Shown here: positions 25,521-37,199 of the stretch, piece after piece
How positions within the stretch are numbered: position 1 is the first letter of the stretch
Layout of the letters: every line of letters begins with the position of its first letter
Assembly (NCBI GenBank): GCA_973851085.1
Contig: OZ316776.1
Location: forward strand, 9,114,001-9,178,000
Reading direction: 5' to 3'
DNA length: 64,000 nt
Source: Ptychomitrium polyphyllum
Lineage: Eukaryota
The notes under the pieces: model-generated
Database searches by the model: none
The model's input: the letters and a program-made list of their open reading frames with translations, nothing else
What the model was told of the DNA's origin: nothing
Made by a program: the position numbers and the translations under genes

Positions 25521-26153
25521 TGTTAGGGACACAAGAAACAAGAAGCAGAAACAAAGTGTTTCCCAAGAATTAGCTTCCAAAGAGCTAATGATTAACAAGA
25601 AATTGATACAAAGACTAGAACAAGGTAGGATTCAAGATGATCCACAACTTGTGTTGGCAAGACTAAGGAATACCTTGTCTTGCCTCCTCTTTATACTAGG
25701 ACGTTTGTATCTCCTATGATACTTCTAAAGAAGCTTCCTACAAGGCTTAAGAATGTTCTGGAAGTCTAAGGAACCTTCCCAAGAAGTTTCCTAAGATGTT
25801 GGAACCTTCCTAAGTAGCTTCCAAGGAATTGGAACCTTCTTTGGAAGCTTCCAAGGAGTTGGAACCTTCCTTGGAAGTTTCCTAAGGTAGCGGAACCTTC
25901 TTAGGAAGTTTCCTAAAGAGGTAGAACCCTCCTAGGAAGTTTCCTAAGGTGATGGAACCTTCCTAGGAAGTAACCTAAGATGATAGAACCTTCCTAGGAA
26001 GTTTCCTAAGGTGGAGGAACTTTCCTAAGAAGCTTCCTAAAAACATAAAAAAAGCTATGGAGACATCTAAAAGTATTCTAAGAAACTATTCTAGTATACT
26101 AGAAGGTTCTAGAATGTTCTAAGGACTATGTTGCATGATTTATGTCCGTGACA
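25521..26153 (-). mobile_element. Solo LTR (633 bp, second family), TSD CCATC
   Basis: tgttaggg...tccgtgaca flanked by ccatc (25516-25520, 26154-26158). Termini resemble the host LTR. Strand is inferred from a minus-strand TATAAAG at ~25689-25695. Confidence 0.9.
25770..26040. repeat. Tandem array, ~9 copies of a 30-31-bp unit, inside the solo LTR
   Basis: Unit approximately GGAACCTTCCTAGGAAGTTTCCTAAGGTGAT, containing the palindrome CTTCCTAGGAAG. No unique spacers. Confidence 0.9.
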
Positions 26154-27728
26154 CCATCTATGACTTCTATATATACGGATTTAGATTTTCTAATAAAAAG
26201 AAGCTTATGGATTTTCAAGAATTCTTTGTGACTAAAGCAAACAAAGGCTCTTGAACCTATTAAAGCAAAGCTTTAGAACTTCTAAATATCTACACAAACA
26301 GATATAGTAAAATAAAATGAAGAATGAGTTGATAAAACATACATTGTTCCTCTAGCGAGGAAGCGGTTCAGCCGCATTGTTGCAACCCTTGTAATGCACC
26401 TTAGCAAGCGTCACGCGCATCAACCCTGTACACCTCCACATGCACATGGTTAACTCCCATTCTCACTTTCCAAGTCTTTCTACCATTTCTCATAGGACAC
26501 CCAATCGATTGGTAGCCAATGGTTAGGTGCGGACTTCCATTCATGTCCAAGGCCTCACTTGGTGTTACTCCCATTCTACACGATCTAACTGCACTTAGTG
26601 GTAACAAGCGTACCTTTTTAAACATGCTAGTTCCTTCCATAAAACCGGCCATCTTCCGGCTCACAATGGTGTGGGAATCCCCATGGTAAAGCTCCAACAC
26701 TAGCTCCACCAACCAGGACTTACACTTGGTCTCTACCGGGACACTAGGAGAGTGAGGAAGGGGACCAGCCCTCCTTTATAGTACTCTCTGTGGGATTTGG
26801 CAGGCCCCTTGGCTCTCTGTATCTGGCTGAACCCCGATTCACCTAGAGTTTTGGAAGACCACCCGATCTCCCTTGGGACTTAGCCACTGGAAGCCTCCGG
26901 GACTCCCAATGGACCTTCAGGGAGCCATATCTTCCTCATCCGGTGCCTGAATGTATTGAACAATCACTCTATCGTCAATTACTCTTTGCGTAGATGCCGA
27001 TAGACTCCTCAAACGTTCGATTTGAGTTAGTATTGTGGGAGATACGCCTCTCCCAAGGTTTGAGACTCCCAAGGAGTTCCTCTCTGGACTGTCCCACTCC
27101 AGTACAGTCGCTGTGTAGGGCTGCCACAGTACAAAACAACCCCTTGGCAACCCCAACTTTGGGATGCCATAACTTTTAGCTTCCTTGTCCGATTTGGGCA
27201 ATCTTTAGCATTGTAGAATCAGCTCTTCGTGATTCCTCCAATGCCTACAATTTATCTCTTGTGGCCCTCGGTCTACATGGGCAAGGATTTTTTTCTCCCT
27301 AGGGGTCCTTCCCACGCTAGGCCCACTCGGTTCCCCTTACTATCGGCGCCATAAGTCCCGGACGTCACTCCGGGGTCCCCTTTGTGCCCTTAGTGTTGCG
27401 GGCACTCCTCAAGGAGAGGTGCGCCACACTCACCTCCACCTTAATGGAGTCAATGTCCTCATCGACTATACTTGTAGTCGGCACACCAATTCCAAGGTTG
27501 CCATCCTCTAGTGGTGCAGCATTGTGTTTCATCCAGGGTGCAACCTCCACAATGCACTCATAAGTCTTTGGCAATGTATCAAAGGTGTCGTTTAGGAGGT
27601 GGTCTGTTTAGGCACTCTAAACAAAATTCATGGTGTTCTAAACTATTCTAGACCTACCTACTTTGAGACTCTTTTGGGATACACTTCCGAGTTAGGCTAC
27701 ACTTCCCTAACTCTACCTTCTTGACTAT

Positions 27729-30700
27729 GATGGACCTCAATGCTCTACCAAGTTGTATTGGTTGCAAACCCAAGGTGGCTTTTATTCCACGACTTGATCG
27801 CACGGGGGTAATGCCAAGTTCCACCCAACCTGGATTCCACTATCTCTATTGAAACATGGGTTCATGACTTCCATGCACTAACTTTTATTAATTTGTAGGA
27901 GTGGCGCTTTTATGAGCACGCGCCATTACCTTGTTCTCGCCCGGACAAGCCTGAGGCGAGGAGGTTTCATGGTTTTAACCATTTGTCCTCCCAGCCTTGG
28001 TCCCCATTACTCGGCCTTCCCAACTTGGTTTCACATGTCTATTCCCCCTCTTCTACCAACTTAGCACAAGCACAAGACGAGGACATCATCTTAGTGAACC
28101 CGTCAAGAGAAGTTGATTGAGTACTTGATGGCACAATGTTCCAAGTTTTAGTCTTCGACCAAGAAATTGACCAAAGCAAACATGCCAAGCATTTTTTCCG
28201 AGCTAGGGAAGGCCAGGAAGGTGAAGGAGTTTCTTTTGGAAGTGGACATCTATTATGATGTTCAAAAGCCGAAAGAGGTGGACAAAGTTTCAATTGCGGT
28301 GACCTTTTTGAAAGACCATAATCTTCAATGGTGGACAAGTAAAAATGTGCACGAGCCGGAGTTGGTGGCGACTTTGTCTTGGGTCGGTTTTAAAGAGATT
28401 TTGAGTGAACGCCTCACTCTGGAGTACCAAGACTTGAGGGAGGGCATGAACTTGATGCAAATGACGCACACTGGGTTGCTCAAGACTTATATATAAGATT
28501 TTAACACCCAAATGAATGCCCCATTTAGAATGGATGAGTTTTCAAAGAAACGCATCTTTTTGGATGGGCTTCAAAAGTGGGTGGTGGACGCCTTGTTCAA
28601 ATTCCCAAAGCTTCTGGAGGACGTGGCGGAAATCATTAAGATTGCAAAAAGAATTGAAGCCGACGGTCCCGAAAGAAAATCAAGTGGTCCCTCTCAACAA
28701 AGTACATTGAGCCGAAATGTATCTCGCGGCGAAGAACGCAAGAAATTTGGCTTTGGAAACAAACACAAGGGACAAGTAGATGGAAGGGCCTACAACAAAG
28801 TGGACCATCATGAGAGAAAACCGTTCAAATCGGGAGATAAGAGTGCTGAGGTGAAGCACAAGCGTTGCCTCGGGTGTAGCAAGATTGGTCACTTCATTGC
28901 GGAGTGTCCCAATTAAAAGGTGAATACTAAAGCTTGTCACACTTGTATTGTGGATCACATTTTAGAAGGTGGATTTGTAGCCAAGGCTAGTAGCCTTAAG
29001 CCAAGGTTGAGTCTCTTATATTTTGAGGCCCAAATAAATGGCAAAAATGTCTCATGTTTGATTAACACAGGGACAACACACTCCTTCATGAGTCCCAAGC
29101 TAGCAAAGGAGTTGAGCTTGTCGGCTCAAAGAGCTACCAAGCCTATCAACGTGCGATCTGCAAAAGGCAAACCGTACGAGACGAAGGAGGTGGTGTTGGA
29201 TGCGGCCTTATGTAGTGGAACATTGGAGTTGAAGGCAAGTTTTACACTATGTGAGATGGATGAGGTAGACCTCATTTTAGGTGATACCTTTTCCGAAACT
29301 CATGTGGTGGATGTGAAGCAAAAGCTAGCACGGTTAATAGTGCGCCGTGGTGGGAAGGAGGCAATATTGAAGTTGACTCAGACTCCTATGGTTGCGGGAA
29401 GCAAGTTGAATTCAGTGTCCTTAGAATAATTAGTGAATAACCAATTTGTGGTTGTGATGCGAATGGAGCAAGAAGAAGAGAATAGGCCAAGTGCCAAGGA
29501 GGTTAGGACTATTCCCAAGTGCATTCAAAATGTACTAAGTGGTTACAAGGATGTGCTCACCAATGAACTGCTCGCAGAGTTACCGCCAAGAAGAGAAGTG
29601 GATCACAAAAATTGAAATGATACTTGGAACGGAGCCCCCTTCAAAGGCTCCATACCGGTTGAACCAAAAAGAGCTAGAAGAGTTGAAGAAGCAATTGAAT
29701 GACTTGTTGGATAGAGGCTATGTTAGGCCAAGTAAGTCGCCATATGGAGCACCGGTCCTCTTTGTAGACAAAAAGGATTGCAAGCTCCGCATGTGTATCG
29801 ACTATAGAGCCTTGAATAAAGCCACCATCAAGAACAACTATCCTTTGCCTCGCATTGATGACCTCTTTGATAGATTGGCGGGAGCTAAATACTTTAGTCG
29901 GATAGACTTGAAGTCGAACTACTATCAAATCCGCATTGCGGATGAAGATGTGCCAAAGACCGCATGCCGCATTAGGTATGGGTCCTATGAATTTTTGGTG
30001 ATGCCATTCAGGTTGTGTAATGCTCCTTTGACGTTCACAACCCTCATGAATACCATCTTTCAAGAAGAGATGGATGGCTTTGTCATTGTCTATATTGATG
30101 ACATCTTGGTGTACTCCAAGTCGGCGGAAGAACATGCAAGGCACCTCGAAGTGGTGCTTCAAAAACTTAGGGACCACAAGCTTTATGCCAACGGAGAAAA
30201 GAGTGAGTATGCTCAACTTGGGATTGAATTCTTGGGCCATATAGTGACGGATGATGGAATCAAGCCGGACATAAGGAAGATAAAGGCAATTAGAGAGTAG
30301 AAACAACCTTCTACACAGAAGGAGTTGAGATCATTTCTCGGCCTAGCAAATTATTATAGGAGGTTCATACGCAACTTCTCCAAAATTACTAGACCTTTGT
30401 CCGACTTGTTGATGAAAGGAGCTAGCCAAGTATGGAATGGATTTTGGCACTAAGCTTTTTAAGAACTCAAGAATAAGTTGTCACAACCGCCGGTATTGAA
30501 GTTTCCCGAGTTTGAAAAGCCCTTTGAGGTCCACACGGATGCAAGTGACTTTGCCATTGGCGGAGTGCTCATGTAAGAAGGCATGCCAATTGCCTATGAG
30601 AGCAAGAAGTTGGATGGGTGCCAAAAGAGGTGGCCCACGCACGAGAAAGAATTCTTTGCCGTAGTGCATTGTTTGAAAACATGGCGGCACTACTTGGGCC

Positions 30701-32440
30701 TACATAAAACCAAAGTCTACACGGACAACATGTCCTTGAAGTACTTTGAGTCGCAGGCACAAATGAGTGCAAAACAATTGAGGTGGCATGACACCTTGGC
30801 ACTCATGAATGTGGATTTGATCCACAAGCCGGGGCGTAACAATGTAGTGCCGGATGTTCTAAGTAGGCGGGAGGAGTTGCAAGCGATGGGTACAACCCAA
30901 ATCCTGCGAGTAATATACAAGGAAGAAGGCAATTTCGAAAGAAAGATAAGAGAGGGGTATATGAAGGACTCCAAAGCACAAAGGCTTCTTGGTGAGCTTA
31001 AGAAGGATAAGAAACTTAAGGAAATTAAGTTGGAGAAGGGATTGCTTAAGTACAAATAAAGTTGGGTGTATGTGCTTCAAGAAAAACTACAGTTGTTGGT
31101 TTTGAAAGAAGAACATGATAGTCCCATAGCTGGCCATAGAGGGATAAAAACCACCATAGCGGCGGTGTCAAGAAGGTACTATTAGCCGGGCATGAAAGCG
31201 GACATCATTGACTTTGTGAAAACTTGTGTGAAGTGCCAACTCAATAGAGCGTCTTACCAAAAGCAAGCCGGCCTACTACAACCTTTGCCAATTCCGCCAA
31301 GTCCATGGCATAGCGTGTCCATGGACTTCATCACAAGTCTTCCGGAGTTGCAAGGGCATGATGCCATCTTTGTGATGGTGGATCGCTTTAGCAAGTTGGC
31401 GCACATAGTGCCAACTAGAAGAACCGTAACTGCAGATGAGACCGCAAAGCTATTCCTCGATGCATGGTGGAAACATCACGGATTGCCAAGAGTGATTGTG
31501 TCGAACCGAGATCCAAAATTCACTAGTGCTTTTTGGAAACATTTCTTTAAGAAAGTTGGAACCAAATTGACATTTAGCACTGCCTTCCATCCTCAATCAG
31601 ATGGGCAAACGGAACGAGGAAACGGAGTCTTGAACCAATACTTGAGGAACTTTGTGAGTGCGGACCAGTGCAATTGGGTGGATTATATGAGCCTTGCAGA
31701 GTTCAGTTACAATGCGGCCAACCATTCGGCAACAAAGCAGTCGCCATTTAAGATGGCCTAGGGAGTGGAACCACTCTAGCTTGCCGACTTAGCTCTCAAA
31801 GGTGCACATTCAACACTAGAGTTTAACCAAGATGGTGAGGACTTGGCAAAAAGCGCGAACAAATGTTGGAAAAGACCAAGCTTTTGTTGGAAAAGGCACA
31901 AAAGCGGTACAAGAAACAAGTCAATGCCGGAAGACGTGAAGTAGAGTATGAAGTAGGCCAAAAGGTGTTGTTGAATGTGAAGAACTTTAGCTTGCCCAAA
32001 GGCTCACTCCAAAGTTCATGTCCAAGTTTGCAGGGCCATTTTCCATTGTGGAGCAGATGTTTAAAGATGTGTACAAATTGGAGCTACCACCCAAAATCAA
32101 AGCATCCAACATTTCATGTCTCACTCTTTAAGCCATTCAAAAAAGATACCTTGTGGCCCAATCGCAAACAAGTGATTCAGCCACGACCGGAATTGGTGGG
32201 CGACTACTTGGAATATGAAGTAGAAGGAATTCTCAAGTGTAGGCACCACAAGAAAGTAGGAAAAGAGTATTTGGTGAAGTGGAGAGGTACCATGAAAAGG
32301 AAGCAACTTGGGTAGCAGCCAAGGACTTGAGAAATGCCAATGAAGTGGTGGAACGCTTTGAAAGGGATAGGAACTCCAACGAAAGACAACATCGGCATTG
32401 ATAAGGACATCAATCTCTTTTAGTAGGGAAAGAGAGGCTT
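27729..32440 (+). pseudogene. Ty3/Gypsy chromoviral gag-pol with stops and frameshifts
   Basis: Gag knuckle CLGCSKIGHFIAEC, protease [43 protein letters not shown], RNase H VHTDASDFAIGG/KEFFAVVHCLKTWRHYL, integrase CVKCQ/SMDFIT/FHPQSDGQTER, chromodomain EYEVEGIL..EYLVKWRG, PPT GTAGGGAAAGAGAGG (~32423-32437). The start coordinate is approximate. Confidence 0.95.
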
Positions 32441-32453
32441 GTTGCAGTAACTT

Positions 32454-32553
32454 NNNNNNNNNNNNNNNNNNNNNNNNNNNNNNNNNNNNNNNNNNNNNNN
32501 NNNNNNNNNNNNNNNNNNNNNNNNNNNNNNNNNNNNNNNNNNNNNNNNNNNNN
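32454..32553. other. Assembly gap (100 N), probably hiding most of an LTR
   Basis: N run between PPT+TGTTGC (32440) and an LTR end ...attgcgaca (32554-32696). Confidence 0.8.
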
Positions 32554-35519
32554 ATTGGCTACCAATCGATTGGGTGTCCTATGAGAAATGGTAGAAAGAC
32601 TTGGAAAGTGAGAATGGGAGTTAACCATGTGCATGTGGAGGTGTACAGGGTTGACGTGCATGACGCTTGCTAAGGTGCGTTATATGGATTGCGACACCTC
32701 AACTTTCTCGGTGACTCCAATGTCATTTAATTGCTTATTGGAATCGGAGGATGGTGCCTCAATAATCGGATCGGGGTCTTTGTTCACCCTTGTGCAAGGT
32801 CGTTTAGAGGCCTCGGACTCATTGCCATCAGCAGCCTTCTTCTTATCCATAGCCTCCTCACAACGTAGCACTTGGATACTCAAAGCTTGATCTAATACTA
32901 AATGTCGCAATCCATGTAACGCACCTTAGCATGCGTCACGCACGTCAACCTTGTACACCCCCACATGCACATGGTTAACTCCCATTCTCACTTTCCAAGT
33001 CTTTCTACCATTTCTCATAGGACACCCAATCGATTGGTAGCCAATGGTTAGGTGCGGACTTCCATTCATGTCCAAGGCCTCACTTGGTGTTACTCCCATT
33101 CTACACGACCTAACCGCACTTAGTGGTAACAAGCGTACCTTTTTAAACATGCTAGTTCCTTCCATAAAACCGGCCATCTTCCGGCTCACAATGGTGTGGG
33201 AATCCCCATGGTAAAGCTCCAACACTAGCTCCACCAACCAGGACTTACACTTGGTCTCTACCGGGACACTAGGACACTAGGAGAGTGAGGAAGGGGACCA
33301 GCCCTCCCTTATAGTACTCTCTGTGGGATTTGGCAGGCCCCTTGGCTCTCTGTATCTGGCTGAACCCCGACACACCTAGAGTTTTGGAAGACCACCCGAT
33401 CTCCCTTGGGACTTAGCCACTGGAAGCCTCCGGGACTCCCAATGGACCTTCAGGGAGCCATATCTTCCTCATCCGGTGCCTGAATGTATTGAACAATCAC
33501 TCTATCGTCATTTACTCTTTGCGTAGATGCCGATAGACTCCTCAAACGTTCGATTTGAGTTAGTATTGTGGGAGATACGCCTCTCCCAAGGTTTGGGACT
33601 CCCAAGGAGTTCCTCTCTGGACTGTCCCACTCCAGTACAGTCGCTGTGTAGGGCTGCCACAGTACAAAACAACCCCTTGGCAACCCCAACTTTGGGATGC
33701 CATAACTTTTAGCTTCCTTGTCCGATTTGGGCAATCTTTAGCATTGTAGAATCAGCTCTTTGTGATTCCTCCAATGCCTACAATTTATCTCTTGTGGCCC
33801 TCGGTCTACATGGGCAAGGATTTTTTTCTCCCTAGGGGTCCTTCCCACGCTAGGCCCACTCGGTTTCCTTTACTATCGGCGCCACAAGTCCCGGACGTCA
33901 CTGTGAGGTCCCCCTTGTGCCCTTAGTGTTGCGGGCACTCCTCAAGGAGAGCTACGTGACACGCATGGTCCCTATTGTGGCTAGACATCTTTGTTCTCCT
34001 GCAAAATATTTTGCGTTGTGGTTGTACCTTTTATCTAATTTGTACATAGAAGTTTCTCCGGGCAGTTATCAACCTTGTAGCCAGATTTTCCACAATATAT
34101 ACACAACCCTTGCTTTTTTTGTCGTTTCTTTTCATGATTGATAAGGAGCTTGAAACAAACCGCATCAATTTGCATGGCTTTTGCTCCCAAATATTTATTA
34201 CAGGCAGACAGGGCCAAAGTTATCTAAAAGTTGGTATGTGGATGAGGCATAATTAAAGTCTATTTATCTTATTGACGCTAAAATAGACAATTTTTGCACT
34301 TCAAAGCTTGACTGATTGCCTCATCAAGTATTTGAGGATCTGGCATGGATAGAAATAAATCCTTAATTTTGTTGCGTACAACTCAATGAAATTAACTCAT
34401 TAATACTTCTTCTTTCTAATTAATATTGCATACAAGTTGTCAAAATTCCAATATATAAGCTGACATCAAATATGGCCCTTGGCGCAAGGTACAAACTTTA
34501 GGAGTTGTATAATGGAGCTTGTCATGGTCACCAAATGCGTCTGCAAACGCGGCTAGAAATGCATCTAAGTTACTTATTATGAAAGAATTCTTCTTGAAAA
34601 ATAGTGCAAACTAAGACAATACGTATCTTAAATTCAACGTTCTTACAAAACCAACGCGCAAAGCGTCCGTAGGACACCGTCAAGATTGAAGTAAGGTAAC
34701 AAGTTGAACTTGATTAACAAAGCCTTGAAATTTTGAACGGGTACCATCAAATTTCTTTAGAAGGCTTATTTTTAATTCTTTAGGTATTGACATTGAATTC
34801 CTAGTTTAAACTTGTCCATTTTCTACTAAATCAAGTTTAGACAATGAAGCACCTAAGTTGACTTGGAATAGCAACTGCAAAGTTTTTGCTCCTAGATCAT
34901 TATATATGGTTAAGTATAATTCTTTGTTTTACTTGGATAAAGTCTTGGTCTTGATCCTTAATGCTTTAAAGGCATTGATAATGGAATCTAACTTGGCTTC
35001 TTTTGAATTAGTTATATTGACTTATTCACCTTTTGGCATAGAAATATAATGAAAACAGATAAAAACCTCTAAATATATAAGAAACTAAAGTAGATTCAAG
35101 TGATAATATAAGTCTAGAGGAGGATAATCCGCAACTTCTAAAGTGATGTAGTGCTCTCACGAAGAAAGGTGATTTGCTCTCTATCAAGAAAAACCAAGCT
35201 TTGATGTTGTTGTATGACAGTCTTGATAAATTGTTACGGACAAAGTAACAACAAGACACAGCTTCAGGATTCCAGGATGTAGAACAAGATATGCCCAAGG
35301 TATATTAGAAGTAAAGAGCTATAACAAGGTGCAAAGATAGAATTAGAAGGTTTGAGCTAGACCATAAGAGATGTGTTGTCAACACTGAAGATCCCTTCTA
35401 TTTTTATTCGTATATATATTAAGACTACAAGCCTTGAAAGCTTCTTCGGAAGCTTCTACTATATTGTTTTGTACTCAAGCAATCTTAAATTGCTTTCTTG
35501 GAAGCTTCCTAAATCTTGA

Positions 35520-36190
35520 ATATGGTAATTGATTCACAAATTTCTTACACGTGCTAAGATGCAAATGCAATTTTCATTCTTGTAATTATTAAAATAATGC
35601 ATATAAATGCTTCATAAAGATATGTAAGTTATTATTGAAGATGATAATATCATCAATCTAGCATTTAACACATGATAAGTAAGCTAAACTAAGTCCATCA
35701 TCTTTTAGAACTTTATCATTTAGTAATAGAATTGATCTTTTCCGTCTTGATTAACTTTCCAAAATTTTATCTTCATTAGATTGTTAATAAAGACTAATGA
35801 GGTGGTGATAATCAAATTGTAAAAATAAGATATGAAAAATTCAAGCAAATACCATTGCATTGTATAATTCTATTATGACAAGTATTAGATATTGATTTAA
35901 CATGGTTTTAAATAAATTAGAGAGTAATTTTCATACATCTACTTCTTTATCATATTACTGAGTACATCTTTCTTTGAAGCATAGTTGTAGCACAAGTGTA
36001 TAAGCCATTAGAAGATCCAATCAAATTTGCAACCAATAAATCTTGATAATAAATTTGAATACCGTTTTCTTTTAAAGCATTGAGTTTGTAAAGCTACCTA
36101 AATATTGGATGATCACCTTCCATTTGAATGTAAATAGGTTTGCTTCTATAATCCACCATAACTTCAAGGCTAAAGGCAGAATAACTTAAT
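35520..36190 (-). pseudogene. Gypsy reverse transcriptase relic of the MTase-carrying element
   Basis: AFSLEVMVDYRSKPIYIQMEGDHPIFR*LYKL..LLVANLIGSSNGLYTCATTM, KDVLSNMIKK*MYENY, FWKVNQDGKDQFYY, KC*IDDIIIF (35649-35660), KHLYALF..LHLHLSTCKKF. It ends at the neighbouring LTR. Confidence 0.85.
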
Positions 36191-37199
36191 ATAAGCAACT
36201 AGAAGCCCTATTCTTTGTACTTTGGTACTCAGAAGATGTAGCAGTAGTTTCAATATTAATTTGTCAATTTCTACAATCTCTTTTTTAACCAATGGAGCAC
36301 CTTTGCAAATTGGTACAACCTATTTTTATAATTGTATTATAAAAATTATAGTACTTAAAATAAATAAATTGAGCAAAAGTTGGTCTAAGGAAAGAAGCAT
36401 GTATGGACGCAAATAAGTGGCGATAATATAAATGAAAAATTAATTAAGCATCAATTGGCTTTTTAGCTTTTTAAAGAAGAAAAGAAGCTTAAAGATCAAG
36501 GCTAGAGGTTATAAGAAAGAAGAGTTTGATAAGTTAGGAAGGTGTCTTTTTTAATTCATTTTTAATTATATTTATACTAGCAAATATAAATAATTATATC
36601 AAATATTGGAAAGAAAGAATTTAAGGTGAATGGTAATTTTTAATTGGGAATTTTAGATGAAATAGTGGATTTATGTATAAATTGATATTTATTGTAATTT
36701 TTCTAATTTGATAAGAATTATTAATATAGACATTTTTATTTTTTCACCTTATTTTTTTGTTGAGCAAGTAATAGCAGCCAAAGACCTAGTGCTTTTTCAA
36801 AGGCAAATTCTTTTATTATAACAACGTGCTTCTATCATGCTCACTTGTAGCTATATAAAGGGCTTCACTACCACAATTTGTATGTGAATTTGGAATAATT
36901 ATTAAATATGAAGTTTTTATAAAAACACTAGTAAATTTTTTTTTAAATAATTTGTATTTTCAAAGTCTGTGAGCCATAGTTGAAAAAACACAACTAAGAA
37001 TATTTTTTGAATGTATACTTTTCCAAAGTCTTGAATCAAAGTACAATAATATGTTGAGCCTTAAAGCTCTTCTATTATGTGTTGCTTCAATTTAAAAATA
37101 TGACTTTAATTTTTCAATCCTAATAAATTATAACTCTATTGCCCCTTAACCATTGCATTTGGACCTTAGAACAAGCAAAAGGCAATTGTAAATAGCAAA

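Larger units (their letters stand above)
26378..33961 (-). mobile_element. LTR-bounded Gypsy insertion (LTRs 26378-27428 and 32903-33961), TSD CGCAT
   Basis: Near-identical LTRs sharing a ~90-bp deletion relative to the 21413 copy. cgcat at 26373-26377 and 33962-33966. Minus orientation is inferred from TATAAAGG (26773-26780), a degenerate Met-i PBS TAGTATTAGATC (32889-32900) and PPT AAGGTGGAGGTGAG (27429-27442). Confidence 0.85.
20045..35516 (-). mobile_element. Decayed Ty3/Gypsy chromovirus (Tcn1/Sushi-like) hosting four nested insertions
   Basis: Similar LTRs at 20045-20400 (TG..CA) and 35232-~35516 (truncated). Minus-strand relics: Gag KFDGTRSKFQGFVNQ (~34300-34780), knuckle CIYCGKSGYKVDNC (~34060-34110), protease VIDG (split at 25521/26153), RT KIYTKIDLQGTYNL..VMPFRLTN (~23500-24000), integrase SMDFITDLP (~22530-23450), chromodomain EFEVEDVLNS..LEYLVHW (21016-21200). 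RT YxDD and RNase H appear deleted. Confidence 0.85.

Noticed and set aside
25770..26040. CRISPR-like array of ~30-bp palindromic repeats
   Set aside because: The units are contiguous with no unique spacers, lie inside a TSD-flanked LTR in eukaryotic DNA, and have no cas genes nearby.
26401..27201. Recurrent ORFs (MVELVLELYHG..., MPKSDKEAKSYG...) as a gene family
   Set aside because: They recur only because they lie in LTR copies. Frames are broken differently between copies and show no domain motifs.
29674..30306. 210-aa minus-strand ORF
   Set aside because: Antisense shadow of the RT coding region.
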